64,000 nt of DNA from Chrysomallon squamiferum. Lineage: Eukaryota > Animalia > Mollusca. Position numbers and translations under genes: made by a program. Each line of letters opens with the position of its first letter. Within the stretch, counting starts at the first letter, position 1. The notes under the pieces were generated by a model. The model had not been told where the DNA came from and ran no database searches. It saw only the letters and a list, made by a program, of their open reading frames with translations. The stretch lies in the NCBI GenBank assembly GCA_012295275.1, contig CM022669.1, positions 18,166,001-18,230,000 of the forward strand. The letters run 5' to 3'. This document shows, one piece after another, positions 1 through 14,482 of the stretch.

Positions 1-774
1 GAAAACAAATTATGATGTTATATTTATTCTGATTGCACCATGTATAAGAAGTGCAGTTTACCACCAAGTCTTTCAAAGCATGGACAAAATGGTGTCAGCT
101 ACATAGAAATAGTTTTAATGTTTTAGTTTGCAAGAACTAGATGAAGTTATTCTACCTCAACGTTACAATGCAGCTACCAAATATCATGACTTTTTTTCAT
201 ATATAAATATAAGAATTTCTTTTAGGAAACAGATTTAGTACTAGGTAGTGATGAAGTTTGGTAGTTACTATATAAAACAGAGAAATACTTTGAAGATATA
301 GTAAGTTGAAAACTAAACAATATTTTCTTTTAATATTTTTTTTAATTTAAAAAAAAAAAGAAGAAGAAAAATCACTCGAGGTATATAGGTTTGGCTTAAC
401 ACAAACCTCAAATGGTGCTGAATTTCAGCTGAAAGTACTCTTTTGCAGAAATTCTTTCTTATTTATATTTTTCTAATTTTATTTATAAATTAATATTAAA
501 ATGTAAATATTACTTTATAGAATTCCAGCTTGCATTGTTACAATCAATTTTAATCAAAGCTGACACCATTTTTGAAAGTCTGTTCTTTCTTCAGATGTTT
601 TAACAGAAGGAATTTAAACATGATCTGTGTTGAAAACATTTAAATAAAAAAGAACAGCATCAGTGCATTGAAACAAAAAGCATTTATACCAGCTCATTGT
701 ATATTTGACTCTGTGACCTAAGGATGTGTTTTGAGAGGTAAAGAAAATAATGTTAACAACCCATTATATGAGTG

Positions 775-1096
775 TTTGCAAAAGAAAACATGACTTGTGT
801 GATGTATGATCAAGTATAAGAACATAATATTGCTATTCATTATATAGTCATTTGCAAAAGAAAATACAACACGATCAAGTATAAGTAAATAATTCTATTT
901 GTCATATATTGTTTGCTAAAGAACATGGCTTATGATCGATCAAGTATAAGAAATTATTACCATTCATTTTATATTGTTTGAAAAATAACATGACTTACGA
1001 TCACGTATAAGAAAATGTTACCATTCATTATGTATTGTTTGCAAAAGAAAATATGACATGATCAGATATGTGAAAATATTACCATTCATCTTACGG
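775..1096. repeat. Degenerate tandem minisatellite, about 5 copies of a 60-75 bp unit
   Basis: Recurrent TTTGCAAAAGAAAA...GATCAAGTATAAGAA...CCATTCATTATATTG units starting near 775, 851, 912, 977 and 1038. Confidence 0.75.
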
Positions 1097-2802
1097 TTAT
1101 TTGACATAAGAATGTGTATTCAAATAACAATAGTGCTTATACATGTATATGTATATGTGTGTATATGTATAAATAAATATATACACTGTACGACGACGAA
1201 CATAAACGGGTTATATCATTATATTAGCTGCACTGAAAGAAAGGAGGGCACTGTTTTATATATCATCCCGACAGCACTCCAAGAATGTCCTTTTTCATCA
1301 GGTCTTTTTTTTTCCTTTTTTTGGAGAGCAGTTTAATTTTTCTGATGTTATTTACCAACATTGTTTTGATCAAATGATGGGCTTTTATTGTTACGTTTGA
1401 ATAATTTTGTTCTCGAGTCAGCAGTGGCAGTCATTTATTTTTGTTTTCCTTTTTCATGAGTAGCTCAGTGATTATGACATTTTTAAAATTAACTTTCAAA
1501 ACAAGTGATAATTTATGCATTGGATTATTAAGCATTAGTTACAAATAAACAGCTTATATCAACAAAATTTTATTACGAAGAGTACAAAAAGTACATTTTT
1601 ATATTCTCTTTTTTTTTTTAAATTATATGTATATTACTGGATATGTAGTTACAAAGTTCAAAACACAAGTTTTACAATGATATGTCTCATACTTAGTAAT
1701 CTATGATTGTCCAGTATAAACAGGTTATAATTTAATGTCAACTTGACACATTCCAGTTAAATGTTTTGGACATACCAAGATAGAATTTTGAGACTTAGTT
1801 ACCTAAATTGCATTAAGTATATAATTGATTAAAAATGTTTACCTAGCAGATGACAGATAAATGATCACAGTAAAAAAAAAAAAAAAAAAATTTAAAATTA
1901 AATCCAGTTTAAAATAGAGCACTAAATGAGTTACTTGTATGACTTTCCAAACAAACTAGTCACTTATTTTGCCATCTAGTAAAATAGAAAATATTTTGAA
2001 AATAATTTCTTTGAAAAAAGGAAATCCAAGAGTTTCAGACATAGAGACAGTATGAAAATAAAGTAATTTTTAATCATATTAAAAGTAGATGATCAGGTCT
2101 CAGAAATGTTGAAACATATTTCTGGATTTTCACAATTTCTGGGTTTTTTTTGTTCATTGAACAAATTTTTTTCTAGTAATGGATTTTAAAAATAGTACAC
2201 TTATAATCATTAGCTACATCATGGTTGCCAAAGAAAGTGCCACGCATGATTTTGTTGACATTATTAAGAACTACCGTCTTTCACAAGTATATTGTTAACT
2301 TCATTACCAAGAAATGTCAAGTGCCAAGTCTGGAGTTGTCTGCCCATCATTGGCTCCGAGCTTCAGCTTGTTTCTAGATCAGGTTATTATTTATTACAAA
2401 GAGTGCTAGTTGTTAGAATGGAACAAACAAGAGTGTGAGGTGCGTACAGAATATTCCATCAAATAAACATGAATATGTGCTCACTAATGTGTTCTGTTGT
2501 CTTTTTAAAACCCGAGTTTTTTTAAATTTATTTAATAATTTATTGCTGAAAGCTGTAAGTAGCTGAATTAAATCTGTTTTGTGTTCCTGCTGAACAACAA
2601 CAGCCTATAACCAATTAAATTGAGAAAACAAATTCTGGGATGCATTTTCCTGACCGTTGCTCCATTATTTTCATTGCTTAGTGTTCTGTTAGCAAGATAA
2701 ATAATTATAACCAGCAGAACTGTTAAGAAAACAGTTTCCATATCAGTAGATTTAGATGGAGAAATAATATTACCAGAGTATTAGAAGTAGCCCAGGAAGC
2801 TA

Positions 2803-2879
2803 AATAAATCTCATTATCTAAATAATTTAATAATAATAAAAAAAAAACCACAAAAAAAATTTACATTCACACATTTATT
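2803..2879. terminator. Probable convergent polyadenylation zone (unseen upstream + strand gene and MORF4L1)
   Basis: AATAAA on + at 2803-2808 and 2835-2840, and on - at 2874-2879. T-rich/A-rich strand bias appears to switch here. The upstream gene is inferred, as no coding exon is seen in 1-2800. Confidence 0.35.
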
Positions 2880-3496
2880 TCACAAACAAAGCACCAAGCA
2901 TTACCAAAAAGCCTTAATGATAAACATCAAAGACAAACATGAAATGCAATGTATACTGAATTTTTGTCCTTCTTTTCTTTTTCTTTTTTTTGGTAAATGT
3001 TTCTTGCTTTTAAATGTTCCTTGCAAAACTTCACAAAATATTCTCCTCTGTCAGTACAGCATATGCAGTTATTCTCAGATGATCGGTCAGTTCTGAAGTC
3101 AAACACTGACAAATAACAGATTAATCTGTTACCAACACGTACAAGGGACTGCAGATATTCAAGATTTTACGTGGTCTGGTGACCCATCAGACATCGGTCA
3201 CATCACTAACCTTCGGGTACTGGCTGATAAATTACATATCATCAACTTATTTGTATATCCAACCTATTCAAACATATAGTTCTTAATCCTCTTAGTTTTC
3301 AAAACCAAATTCAATCTTCCAAAACAAATTAACCTTTTGTTGAAAAAGCAACAAAAAATAAAACAACAATAAAGTCTGAAATTTAGAAGATTTACAAACT
3401 ATTTTAACAAGACAGATGAAATGTTTTTCCCTTTTCGCAATTTGATAACAGATTTTTTTTTGGTAAACACCACATGTTTGTTTTGACTTTCAAACT

Positions 3497-6400
3497 TTAA
3501 ATTGCTTTTCTGTGATATTCTGGAGGTGCTACGTGGTAATCACTCAAACTAAATAACGTTGAACTGTTTTTCTGAAGATATCTGCAAAATATAGAATAGA
3601 TTATTTTTAAAAATGTACAGAAAATCTATTTTAATAATAAATAACAAATCATAGATGATGATGATGGTGATAACAACAGTAATAAATTAATAAATTAATA
3701 AATTAATAATAACAAAAAATTAGTTTTATAAAAATAAATAACAACAACAATAAAGAAACAATAAATATGCATTTCATAATTAAAATTAATTCTAATTTAA
3801 AACTTGGGTATCAGTATCTTTTCTCTGAATGGTCCATAACATCATTTACATATTTTAATGCATTTTAACCAAAAGTATTACAACCATTATTATTTTTAAA
3901 CTAATTGATAAAAAAAAAAAATAACTAAATAAAATAAATAAACAAATAAGTAAATAAATAATCAAATAAATAAATAAATAAATAAATAAAAACTCACTTG
4001 ACAAACTCATTAATGTGGTTAAGTAGAAGTTGCATGCTTTTTTCATCCAGGTTTGTGTATGCCAACTGGCCTCCCAGCCTGACTGTAAACATAAACAAAA
4101 TATCAGTAAACAAATGACACCAATGTAAAAACTAAACAAATAATACGATAACTGTATCTGTACAAGTAACCTTAAAAAAATCAAAATAATCTAATATTAA
4201 AAATAAGAAAAAAATAATAAAAAAAGAAGCAAACAGAAAAGTAAAAATCTGGATTTAAGACAAAACAATGTTAAATTTTAATTTGTGTTTTTTCCAATTA
4301 TTTACTTTTCATTAAGCTTTGTTACATATTATTCTCATGTGATACTTGGATAAACACACTCAAAGATATTCAAACCTTAAACACTGACAGAAAGAAATTT
4401 CAACAGTGAACTTACCAAACAGTCGTAACAAATGTGTTGCTCCATAAATACTTGACATACTGACTGCATTTTCTCCTTTCTCAGCAAGAATCTGAAGAAT
4501 AATCACAATTACAGGATTTAAACAAGCAAACAATAAAAATAATTAACTACTCATTGTAATAAAAGTCTAAGACACTCATAGATTAGTAAGGTCAAAACAA
4601 TATCACAATTAAAAAAAATTAATCTTATCAGTTTACATGCAAAAACTGAATTAATAGAAGCTAAAAATTGTGTAGTTGTTGGCTTCACTTAAATATCTTC
4701 AACTTCAATGCAGTTCAGAATGAATGATATATATATATATAGATATTCACACACACACACATTACATACAATAAATAAATATATGACTTGTCACTAAATT
4801 AACAACCTCACCTCAGCATACTGCGATCGTTCAAACTTGTACAGTAACTGTGTACCCAGCATTACATTGAAATACTCCTTGATGCCAAGAGTTAGCTCTG
4901 TATAGGCGTCTCTGAAACAGATTTGTAAAATATTAATACTGGCACTGAATTTAAAAATAAAAAATATGATCACATGTAGTGTCATTATGCATAAGAAGGA
5001 GACACAATTTTCAATGTAGAAAGATAAAAAAAAAAAAGATTAAAATAATGAGACGACTCAAAAGAAAATAAAGAAATTAACTAACTTGCAGGAATTTGTT
5101 CCTTTTGTCGTTTTGGATTTGAGAAAATCTTCTAAAATTTGGTCGACTGTCCTTCGACAAGGTAATGTCACCAGCTGAAAATAATAATATTAAATAATGA
5201 TGATGATAATAATGAAAATAGTAATCGAGATAAATAGTTAATAAATTAGTTTGTGTAAATTCATTAAATCATTGATGGAATCGTATATCTATAAAGATTA
5301 TTCATAAAACTTCATTAGCTTAATTAAAAAATCAAATCAAACAAACAAAAAAATAAAAAACAAAAATAAAAACATGATCTAACATATTTCCTTTTCAGCT
5401 AATTTAATTATTCACATCATAAATTGTATATTCATTCCTTTTTTAAAGAATTTTGTTTTGTTTTTTTAATGTTTAATACAAACCATTTTCTGTCGAGTTA
5501 TGAGATCCCAGTCATCAACGAGCCAAGGTTTCAGTTCATCAGGTATTTTTATTTTCACATCAATTTTAGCCATGTATGCTTCTTCCTTGAACAGCGAGAG
5601 AATGAGAGAAAAAAAGAAAGAAAGAAATATAATAAATCAAGTTAAATTTTATGCATTATCATTATAAACATTTTAAAAAATGTGTTTCCAGTTATATAGC
5701 TGTTTCCTTTTTGATAATAAATTTCCTTGAAAAATCTTTTCAATCAGGGTAATAAATGAATGAGTCCTTATTAAGATAAATATATAAAACAAGGTAAATG
5801 TGATGTATTTATAGCATTTAAAATGCAGTGAACATGTAATGAAAGGATGGTGAAATAGAGAAGTTAAAATCAGTTAGTTCTTACTGATTCGACAGTTGGA
5901 TCTGGTCGGAATCGTTTTCGTTTTGGCTCTGATCCTGTGGGAGCAGCTGGTTCAGACTTGGGTGTGTCAGCCACTGCTGCTGGTGTGGGTGTCGCAGAAC
6001 GGGCAGCTGAAAAATGTCAACAGTGGAATCAAAATATTATCTGGCAATCAATTTCAAGACTAAGCAAAATAAAAATTTTAAAATTTTGGATTTGATGTAT
6101 TTTACTGTACAGTCAAGAAAAGTATTTAATGAGCAAAAAACCATAACATAGTATTAATAAAAATGAAATAATAAATGGAAATATTAAAAAAAAAAAATAT
6201 TAGAAATTATTCATGGTCATTAATGTCAGGACTGTTAAATAAAGATGAAAATTATATTATAAGTGGTTAATAATAATAATAATGACCATAAGCATTGAGA
6301 ATATCTATATGTATATGCATGAAAATGTCTGCACTGACAAAACTGTTGTGTTGTTTAATCTGTTCTGACTGCAGTTACCTTTCTGCTTCACCTTCTCTGG

Positions 6401-8274
6401 GACTGACACAGGAGTAGATGCTGCTTCTTTTTCTTTCTCTTTTTCCTGTTCCTTCTCTTGCCTTTCCTGTTTTTTACTTTCTTTTTCCTGCTTCTTACTT
6501 TCTTTCTCATGTTTCTCCTGTTTCTTGCTTTCTCTCTCTTGTTTTTTTGTCTCCTTATCGGCTTTTTTGCTATCTTTGTCCTTGTTTTTGGCACCTTTGT
6601 TGTACGTTCTTTTGTAGGTATTTCTAAGAAAAAAAATTTATATAAAAATTGAGAAGGAAAATTCTTTAACTATCTGATTAAAAAACAAATTCAGGAAAGA
6701 AGAAAATTTGATGAAATAAAATAAAAGAAATATTAAAACTAAAAAGAAATTAAAAAGAAAGAAATAAATATTTCTGGCCATACTTAGTTAATATGTATCT
6801 GACTGTTAATCTTAGGTACATATATTTTACAAGATCTACTTATTATGACATTTATCCTTTAAAAAAAAATTTTTTTAATAAAAATAAAAAGGAAAAAAAA
6901 CCCAAAAAACAAACCGACATGGAAAATATTTTAAAAAATTACAACTATGATAAAAGTAATAAAATTTCAATAATAATTTTCAGCATTCTGTTTGACTCAA
7001 AATGAGAAATAGTAATTAGCATAAAATAAATCTATTATTTAATATTTTAAAATAAATTACTTACCCATGAGCTTTCATCAGCTCTCTCTGCTTCTGCATT
7101 CCAGCTTCATTACACTTGACAACTCTGCTCTCTGGAACCCATTCATCCCAGCTGAAAACATGTATGTACTGAGATTATTCTTACTGAATCAACAATTAAA
7201 AAAAAAAAAAATGAAATACAAAATAATGATGACAAAACACCAGATAAATACATTTATCATTATTAAATTATTTTTTTTAGAAAAAATGTATACTTACTTC
7301 TTATTCCAGCCATTGTAATGAATAAAATAACGGATTCCTTTATCTTTGACTTCATATTTAACGCACTGAAAAAGAAATTGTTAGTTTTGAGAAAATATGA
7401 TTTACTTACACATTTAAACTCATGTATATAACTCAAACATATAAACACGAGTAACTGAATATTTAGTAATGTCAGCTGTAATATCAGTGGTGTCAGTTAT
7501 TAGTGATTCTGGATAAGGAGTCCTGGCTCTGATAACATGTAAGCTTGTAGAATTCTGATTTATGATGACTCTCCTATGGTAAAAAAAAATTTAAATTTAA
7601 CAATATTGTAACATTTTATAATACACATGTAATTTAGAAATTATATTTTGGCAAAGATCTTTATGAACATAAATAATAAATAGAAATAAATAGTATTTTA
7701 CCTATTTAAAGATACTATTTAGTATATGAATTAAACATTTAAATAATAATAAATAATTACTTTCGCTTCGTACAGCAAAGGTCCATGGAAACAAAGAACC
7801 TTTTCACCTAAAAAAGAAAAAACGAAAAAGAAAAGAAGAATGAAAAAATTAATTAAAAATTATAATAAGTAAAATAAAAATAAATAACCAGTAATAATAA
7901 TTAAAAATAAATTAAATATAATACCAAAGACAAGCCACAAGGTAATAAAATTACGAAACCTGCCAACACAACCGTGACAACGTGACATATCCGATATTTA
8001 TTAAATATTGATATAATAATAATGTAGAAATCGAAATCTTATCAGTCAAAAGGTTTAGTAATATCAGAATCTTAATATGATTCAATAAATGAATAACTTC
8101 AATAAGGTTATGATCATCATTCATTAATTTCAGTTAATTTTCCACTTTTATTATCTTTATTTTATTATTTATTATAATTTATATTTATGATACGTTTATA
8201 CGATTACGTTTTTAAATAGTCACATCAACACTTCATATAATCATACCTTCTTGAAACTTCATTTTCGGCGCCAT
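3497..8274 (-). CDS. MORF4L1: Mortality factor 4-like protein 1 (MRG15), chromo-barrel plus MRG domain, 377 aa
   Basis: 12 phase-consistent GT-AG exons: 8274-8247, 7807-7761, 7365-7298, 7151-7065, 6623-6379, 6006-5885, 5585-5484, 5174-5086, 4911-4812, 4491-4416, 4082-3998, 3581-3497 (1134 nt). Translation: [110 protein letters not shown], all hallmark MRG15 motifs. Confidence 0.97.
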
Positions 8275-9028
8275 TGTGTTTTTGAAAGTTATTTAAAGAC
8301 CGATTGAAAAATAAAATTTCTTGTCCCGCCAGTCAAAATAAACATGAAGTGTGAAGTTCGGAAGCACAATGCTGACAATTGTGTAAAACGTCATAATTTT
8401 AGGAGAAAGATTTCAGGGGAAATAACTCTAACTTTATTACACTGGACAACAGAAATTGTAAATAAATTAGAAACTTTCGTAAAATATTGACAGTCTTCGT
8501 CTAGTAGAAAACAAAGATTCAAACATCATTGACGCCATGACAATATTTACAAAATATAGTTAGTGAAATACACAAAAATTATGAGTGCATCAGCTTGCGT
8601 TAAAGCAACTTTTTTTTTTTTCACTTAAAATTTGATTATCATTGATTTGACATACGACATGATGATAATGATACTTTGATAGTAATTCAATTGAGTTACA
8701 TACATTAATAATACTCGTTATATCTTTTTTCAGTAAATGGACTAAAACACACATACACACACCATTTCAAAATTTTGGTTTTTGTAAATTGTAAAACCAA
8801 ACAAATGTTAAGAAAATTATTAAATTTATTCGTTAAAAGATAAAAATAATAAGTGAAATCATTAGTAAGTTTAGTGACATTTGTTAATAACCTTTTATTG
8901 TCATTTTCATTGAAAATTAAACAGTTCTTACAAAAGGAACGTACATTTTATTTGGAGATGCTTGATTTGTCTACATATAACTCCGTCCCCAAATATCTGC
9001 AACCATATTCCATGACTTGGCTGACATA
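8275..9028. promoter_or_regulatory. Putative bidirectional promoter and 5'UTRs of MORF4L1 and FBXW2
   Basis: Divergent start codons 754 bp apart, local CpG enrichment, ETS-like CGGAAG near 8358 and AGGGGAAATAACTCT motif at 8415-8429. Confidence 0.6.
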
Positions 9029-9698
9029 ATGGATGAGGAACGTTTCTCCTCGTGGCTCAAAGACGTTGGAAAAACATTCAAAACCTTAACAGATACACAG
9101 AAGAACGAAACCCTCGACCACATCATAGCATCGTCAAATTCCAAACAGCTTCAACATCTCTCCACAGTTTTACCATATCTCGTCTTTCGTGATTTTATTT
9201 CCATGCTGCCTCCTGAAACCTCTGTCCATATTCTTAGCTATCTTGATGGACCCACACTGTTGAAGTGTTGTGTTGTTAGCCGGACTTGGCAGTTCGTGAT
9301 CGACAGCTGTTCCAGCGTGTGGCGACGTTTGGCCTTGTTGGCAGGGGCTGCCGATGACGATTCCGAGAATGAAATGTGTTCTAGAAATTACAAAAAGCTT
9401 TACCAAAATGTGGAGAAATATCTGAGAATGGTGTCACATGAAGAGATACTGAGGAAACAGATTCTCATTGGACATGAACAAAGAGTGATGGCTGTGTACT
9501 ACCAAGGAGGAATATTGGCTACAGGTATTCATCAAATTAGAGGAGTTTATTTTTATCTTTTATGTTTAAAACTGAGCCAAAATATTTGTTCCATTTTTTT
9601 GTTAGGGCTAAGAAAGCCAATTGAAATGTGCATAAAAATTGTTCTTATCATTATCATTATAATTATTGGTATTGTTGTTGTTATTATTATTATAATTG

Positions 9699-9733
<35 letters not shown>

Positions 9734-11356
9734 GTCAGTCTGAATTATTTTGAGAAGTTATGATTATTATGATTAGTGGTCATTTAACAAAATATACTTT
9801 TATGTATGTAACAGATTTTGGACAGGTTATAGACACTTAGAAATGTATTTAATATTTCAAATGCAGAGTACAGTACGTACATTTTTCCTTCTGAGACCAA
9901 ACTTTAAGTGTTTGTTTGTTACTTCAGGTTCTGATGAGCAGAGTATGAAGTTGTGGAACTGTGCCACAGGTAAAGAATTCTTTCACCTGCGTCTGCAGCA
10001 GACAGTATCTGACATCAAGTTCACAAACAAACACGTCTACATCGCCTCATTCGATGGTACTGCTGCATGCTGGGATATTTCTGAGGAAAGACGAGTCCAC
10101 TTGTTTATAGGTCACACTTCTGCCGTTTTCAGCCTGGATGTGGACGAAAGTCTGGATCTCTTGGTGACTGGATCATGCGATAAAACGATCAAACTGTGGT
10201 CGTTTCGAGAGACCCCGTCACTAGTTCAGACTCTGCCACAGCACAACAACTGGGTGACCAAAGTGAAATTCTTGCATACGGCTGGTAACCATGGCGACAG
10301 GTTTGTTCAGATCGTATCCGTAAGCAAATACATCTTCCAGGTGTGGAAGATCAGTTTTTCCGGAGAAATACTTAAACTTTACACCATCAAGAGCAAAGAT
10401 GGAGAAGAGATAACTTCATTTCTTTACCCAGACTTCCATTCTTTCTGCATGAGTTCGTGGAATGACAAGCATCTCACCTCCAGGTTGACATTTTATTCGC
10501 TGTCTGATTCAGGTGTGTTTCAGACTGAGAGTTTTATACTCAGTAATGATGCTCCTCTGAAAAGTGAGGTGCTTGGAGTTGGGAAGAAGTTTGCTGTTCT
10601 GATTGGCCCGAATGAGGACAATCAGCTGGTTATATTTAATATGAGTCTCAGAAAGGTGGTGGCCAGTATTCCCATGCCTTGCAGGTGATTAATATTTATT
10701 TTTTGTTTATTTACTCTTACTTTCAGTTTTTTTATTTTTTATTTTTTTTATTTTGTATAAATATTATTTCTAGTACTTTTAATTTTTTAAAAAAAAAAAA
10801 AAAAATAAAAAATAAATAAAAAATAAAAAATCTGTTAAACTGACAATAACAGTAATTTTCCAACACATTATTGTCTTTCTTGTTTGCCTTCATTATTAAA
10901 AAATAAAATGTTAACAAATCTAGTCATTTTATCTTTGTTTTTTAATTTATTTATTTATTTATTTTTTTACATTATTTATTAATAGACAGAAAAGAATTTC
11001 TTTTAATTACCTTTTTAATGCCAAATATTATTATTAGCAATGGGACAAATCATTAATTGAAAACTATTTTAAAGAATTCTAGGTAACATGTTAGTACCAT
11101 CACAAGTAATGTTGATAAAAATATTGCGTATTCTAAACATTAATTTTAATATTAAAAAATATAAAATAATTAGTAATATTAATTTATTATTATTATTATT
11201 ATTTGTTTCAGAATGACTCGTAATGGTGCTGCACTTTCTCTAGGAGAGCAGTCATGGTTGGATGGTTTTACTGAGACTCCACCAACTGGAACCTTCTTAG
11301 CTGCCTGTCTCAGCATGTGCAATGATGTTCTGTTACTCAGCTGGAAGCCAGTTTGA
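9029..11356 (+). CDS. FBXW2: F-box/WD repeat-containing protein 2, 465 aa
   Basis: Exons 9029-9524, 9928-10684, 11212-11356 (1398 nt, phases consistent). N-terminus MDEERFSSWLKDVGKTFKTLTDTQKNETLDHII resembles FBXW2. F-box RDFISMLPPETSVHILSYLD, WD40 repeats (GHEQRV, GHTSAVFSLD..TGSCDKTIKLW) and FBXW2-like C-terminus LGEQSWLDG. Confidence 0.92.
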
Positions 11357-13555
11357 CGTTTAAAGAAAAAAAATAAAATAAAAATAAAATAAAATAAAAT
11401 AAAATGAAGAATAGAGAACAATGTGGTGTAGTACAGTGCAGTGCAGTACAGTACAGTACTCTACAAAAAATAAAAAATAATAATAATACTACTAAAAAAA
11501 AATAAATGAAATAAAAAATAAATAAATAAAATAAAATATGTATAAACAACCACTAAAGAATATTAAAGAGAGAGAGAAAAAAAAACAACAGCAGAATAAT
11601 GATAATAAAATAAAATAATATAACTAAATTTAAAAACAGAATTTGGATATCAAAAATGGTTACTGAGAAATGTCAAAGAAAGTGGCAATTAGAATAATTA
11701 TTAAATAAAATTATACCAGATGTTATAATTAAGGAATTCACACAGCTTGCACATTTTTGAAAATTAATAATTTTCAAACATTAAATTTTTTTGACACTGT
11801 TTTAGAAAATTAATTCTAAAAAAATCTTAGTTATTTACATATTGTGTTATATAAGTTATTTCAAATGATGAAATCAAAAATGTTTGTTTAGTTGTTTACT
11901 TATTTATTTTATTTTTTTTATTTATATTTGTTATTGTTTATATAAAATTTCAATAAAATTGAATTTAATACACTAACATTTTTTATTATCAATTTTGAAA
12001 CGTTCTGTTTTATTCGTTCATAAAACATGTTAATAGAAATGGACATCACATGCTTTAAAATCATGCCAAAAATTATTTTGCAAACAGTCATTAATATGGA
12101 TAATTGATGGAATTAAGATATCTGTAAATTGAAATAACAACTTAGTTTAATGATGTTAAAAAACTTGTTTCTCTACAACTGCAAACCCATCATAAGTCTT
12201 TAAAAGAAACTATTCAAAAAGGATATGATTAGAAAGTGAGGAAAAGTTTCATTTCTATTATCGTTCCATGATTATACTATTCCAAATTAGATTTCTTTGG
12301 ATTTCCATTTGTATTTGGCATTTGGAAATGCTGCAGATATCATTTCCAATTTGATTCTGGTTTAAAAATTTATGATAATAAAATGCAATAACATTTTGAA
12401 AAAGTTTCTTGTAACTGTCACAATCTTGAGTCGATTTTGAATTGTTTTTATGATTTAGCAGTTTCAAAGGTATGGCTTGTAAATAGGGAAAGATAACTCT
12501 GTACAACATATTACATGTCACTATTATCTCCCATTCCGACAATTTAACCCCCCCCACACATATTGTCTTTTACGAGATGCGGTAAATTAGAAGAAGAGAT
12601 ATTAAATAAATAAATAGAAATAACTAAAAATGGTAATATATTGTAACTCTGCATGTATATAAAATAATAATATAAAAAATGCTGTATAATTTTACGCATG
12701 ATCACGTGGTAATTTGGATTTCGAAATATTTAACAATAAGACGTTCGTTTCATATCCCAGCCTTTCATATTATTATAGTATAGCGTGTATTTTTATATAA
12801 GGTCGTGGAATTTTTTGTTATATTTCATTCTATGAAGAATATAAATAATGAAAATCAATTTTCACAGCATAGATCTTGTTTTAATATATATATATATATA
12901 TATAATAAAAAAAAAGGTTGATAGCGAATTAAAATTTTATTTTTATTTATTTAACTATTTATTTTATAATTTTAAAATTTCTATTTTAGAACATAATGCC
13001 TTAAATAAGCAGTTTATTTGTTATTATCAGGAAGATAATGAATCGGCCTAATTAATTAATTCACTATTAATTATTGTTTAGTTTTTCTTTGTTTTGTTCT
13101 GTTTTTTATTTTATAATAAATTAATTCATTATAACTGTCTCTCAGTTAATAAAAAGCTTAAAAGTCATTAAGATACAATGAAACAGTTTTAAATCCGCTG
13201 TCATAGGTCGGTGTAATTTCCTCCATTTTGATTGATGAAGCATTCACAAAAACATCATGTCGGACACTGCAGTATTATTATTATTAATAGGCCGTATGTT
13301 AAAATTGCCTTTAATAGATTACTGCTATCAGATAATTAAGTCAGACATCAGCGATTTTAAACAGATGAGAGGTCGTGAACAACAGGTTGTAGACAAGTAA
13401 CATAATTTTAATGTTGTTCCTAGTCCAGGTATTAATTTCCTTGCGTAATAATCGAGTTCGTTGTCAGTTACGTTAGTAGACATTAAGTGGATGTAAAGAT
13501 ATAACTTAATTTTGTGCTGTTTAATTATTAAAATGTCGAGAATAAAACTATTATT

Positions 13556-13560
<5 letters not shown>

Positions 13561-13632
<72 letters not shown>
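13561..13632. repeat. Compound (TG)n(AG)n microsatellite
   Basis: Directly visible. Confidence 0.95.
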
Positions 13633-13636
<4 letters not shown>

Positions 13637-14435
13637 TGCAATATGTGCATGCTTATTTCTTTCCGAAGCGAACTGTAAATAATGGCTGTCAAAGATCAGA
13701 CCTAAAATACGGACACATCGTCAGGAGCAGTTTGACGTTTGATTAACCGCAAAGATAACTAGGTACGGGATCAGCGTACATCGCGCTAAAATCACTTAAA
13801 GGCTAATTGCTTTCTGTAACACCGTCTACATTTTGATGAACAACTTTAACTTCAGACACACCTCTGAAGAAAACCAATACTCGTCATTCAATCAGTGAAA
13901 TTCCAAAATCTGTCTTCACGGCAAAAAGTGTTTAATTTTCTCATTTGTCCACCGGGAGCTATTTATGAACATGTCATTACTCTAGAAACTTCGCCATCTT
14001 TAATTTTCTAAAAGTCGGTAAATGAAGACTCCGGACATGGACGTATGGTTCTGTTTTGTTTGTCTTGTGCTGAGACATGCCATATTTAGTGAAAATATTA
14101 CTAGGAAATATGAAATATTGATCTCGTGATCCTTGTTTGATGCTGTTCTCATTCTGTGATGTCAGAATGTATGCATACTTGGTATTCTTCAGGGACAAAT
14201 GTTATTTTAATTTTCTTTTAATATATTTTAATGATTGTTTCCTACACTAATGTATAGAAAAAAAAAACAAAAAAAAAACGATTATATTTTTTCTTGATGT
14301 TAACTGATAATTAAAGCCGCATGCTTTGTGCGAAAGCAGTAATATTAATATCAACATTTTTTATAAAGCAGAACAAAAAATTGAAATTTTTAAATAAAAA
14401 AACATCAATAAGAACAACAACAACAGCAACAACAA

Positions 14436-14482
<47 letters not shown>

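Noticed and set aside
775-1096. CRISPR-like appearance of repeated units
   Set aside because: Eukaryotic context, whole units are homologous (no unique spacers), and there are no cas genes.
6388-6652. Lys/Arg-rich and Phe/Leu-rich short ORFs
   Set aside because: Alternative frames and antisense readings of MORF4L1 coding exon 5.
7514-7577. Imperfect hairpin with CTGA and TGATGA boxes in a MORF4L1 intron (possible snoRNA)
   Set aside because: The boxes are on the strand opposite the host gene and in reversed order (D before C). No clear H/ACA layout.
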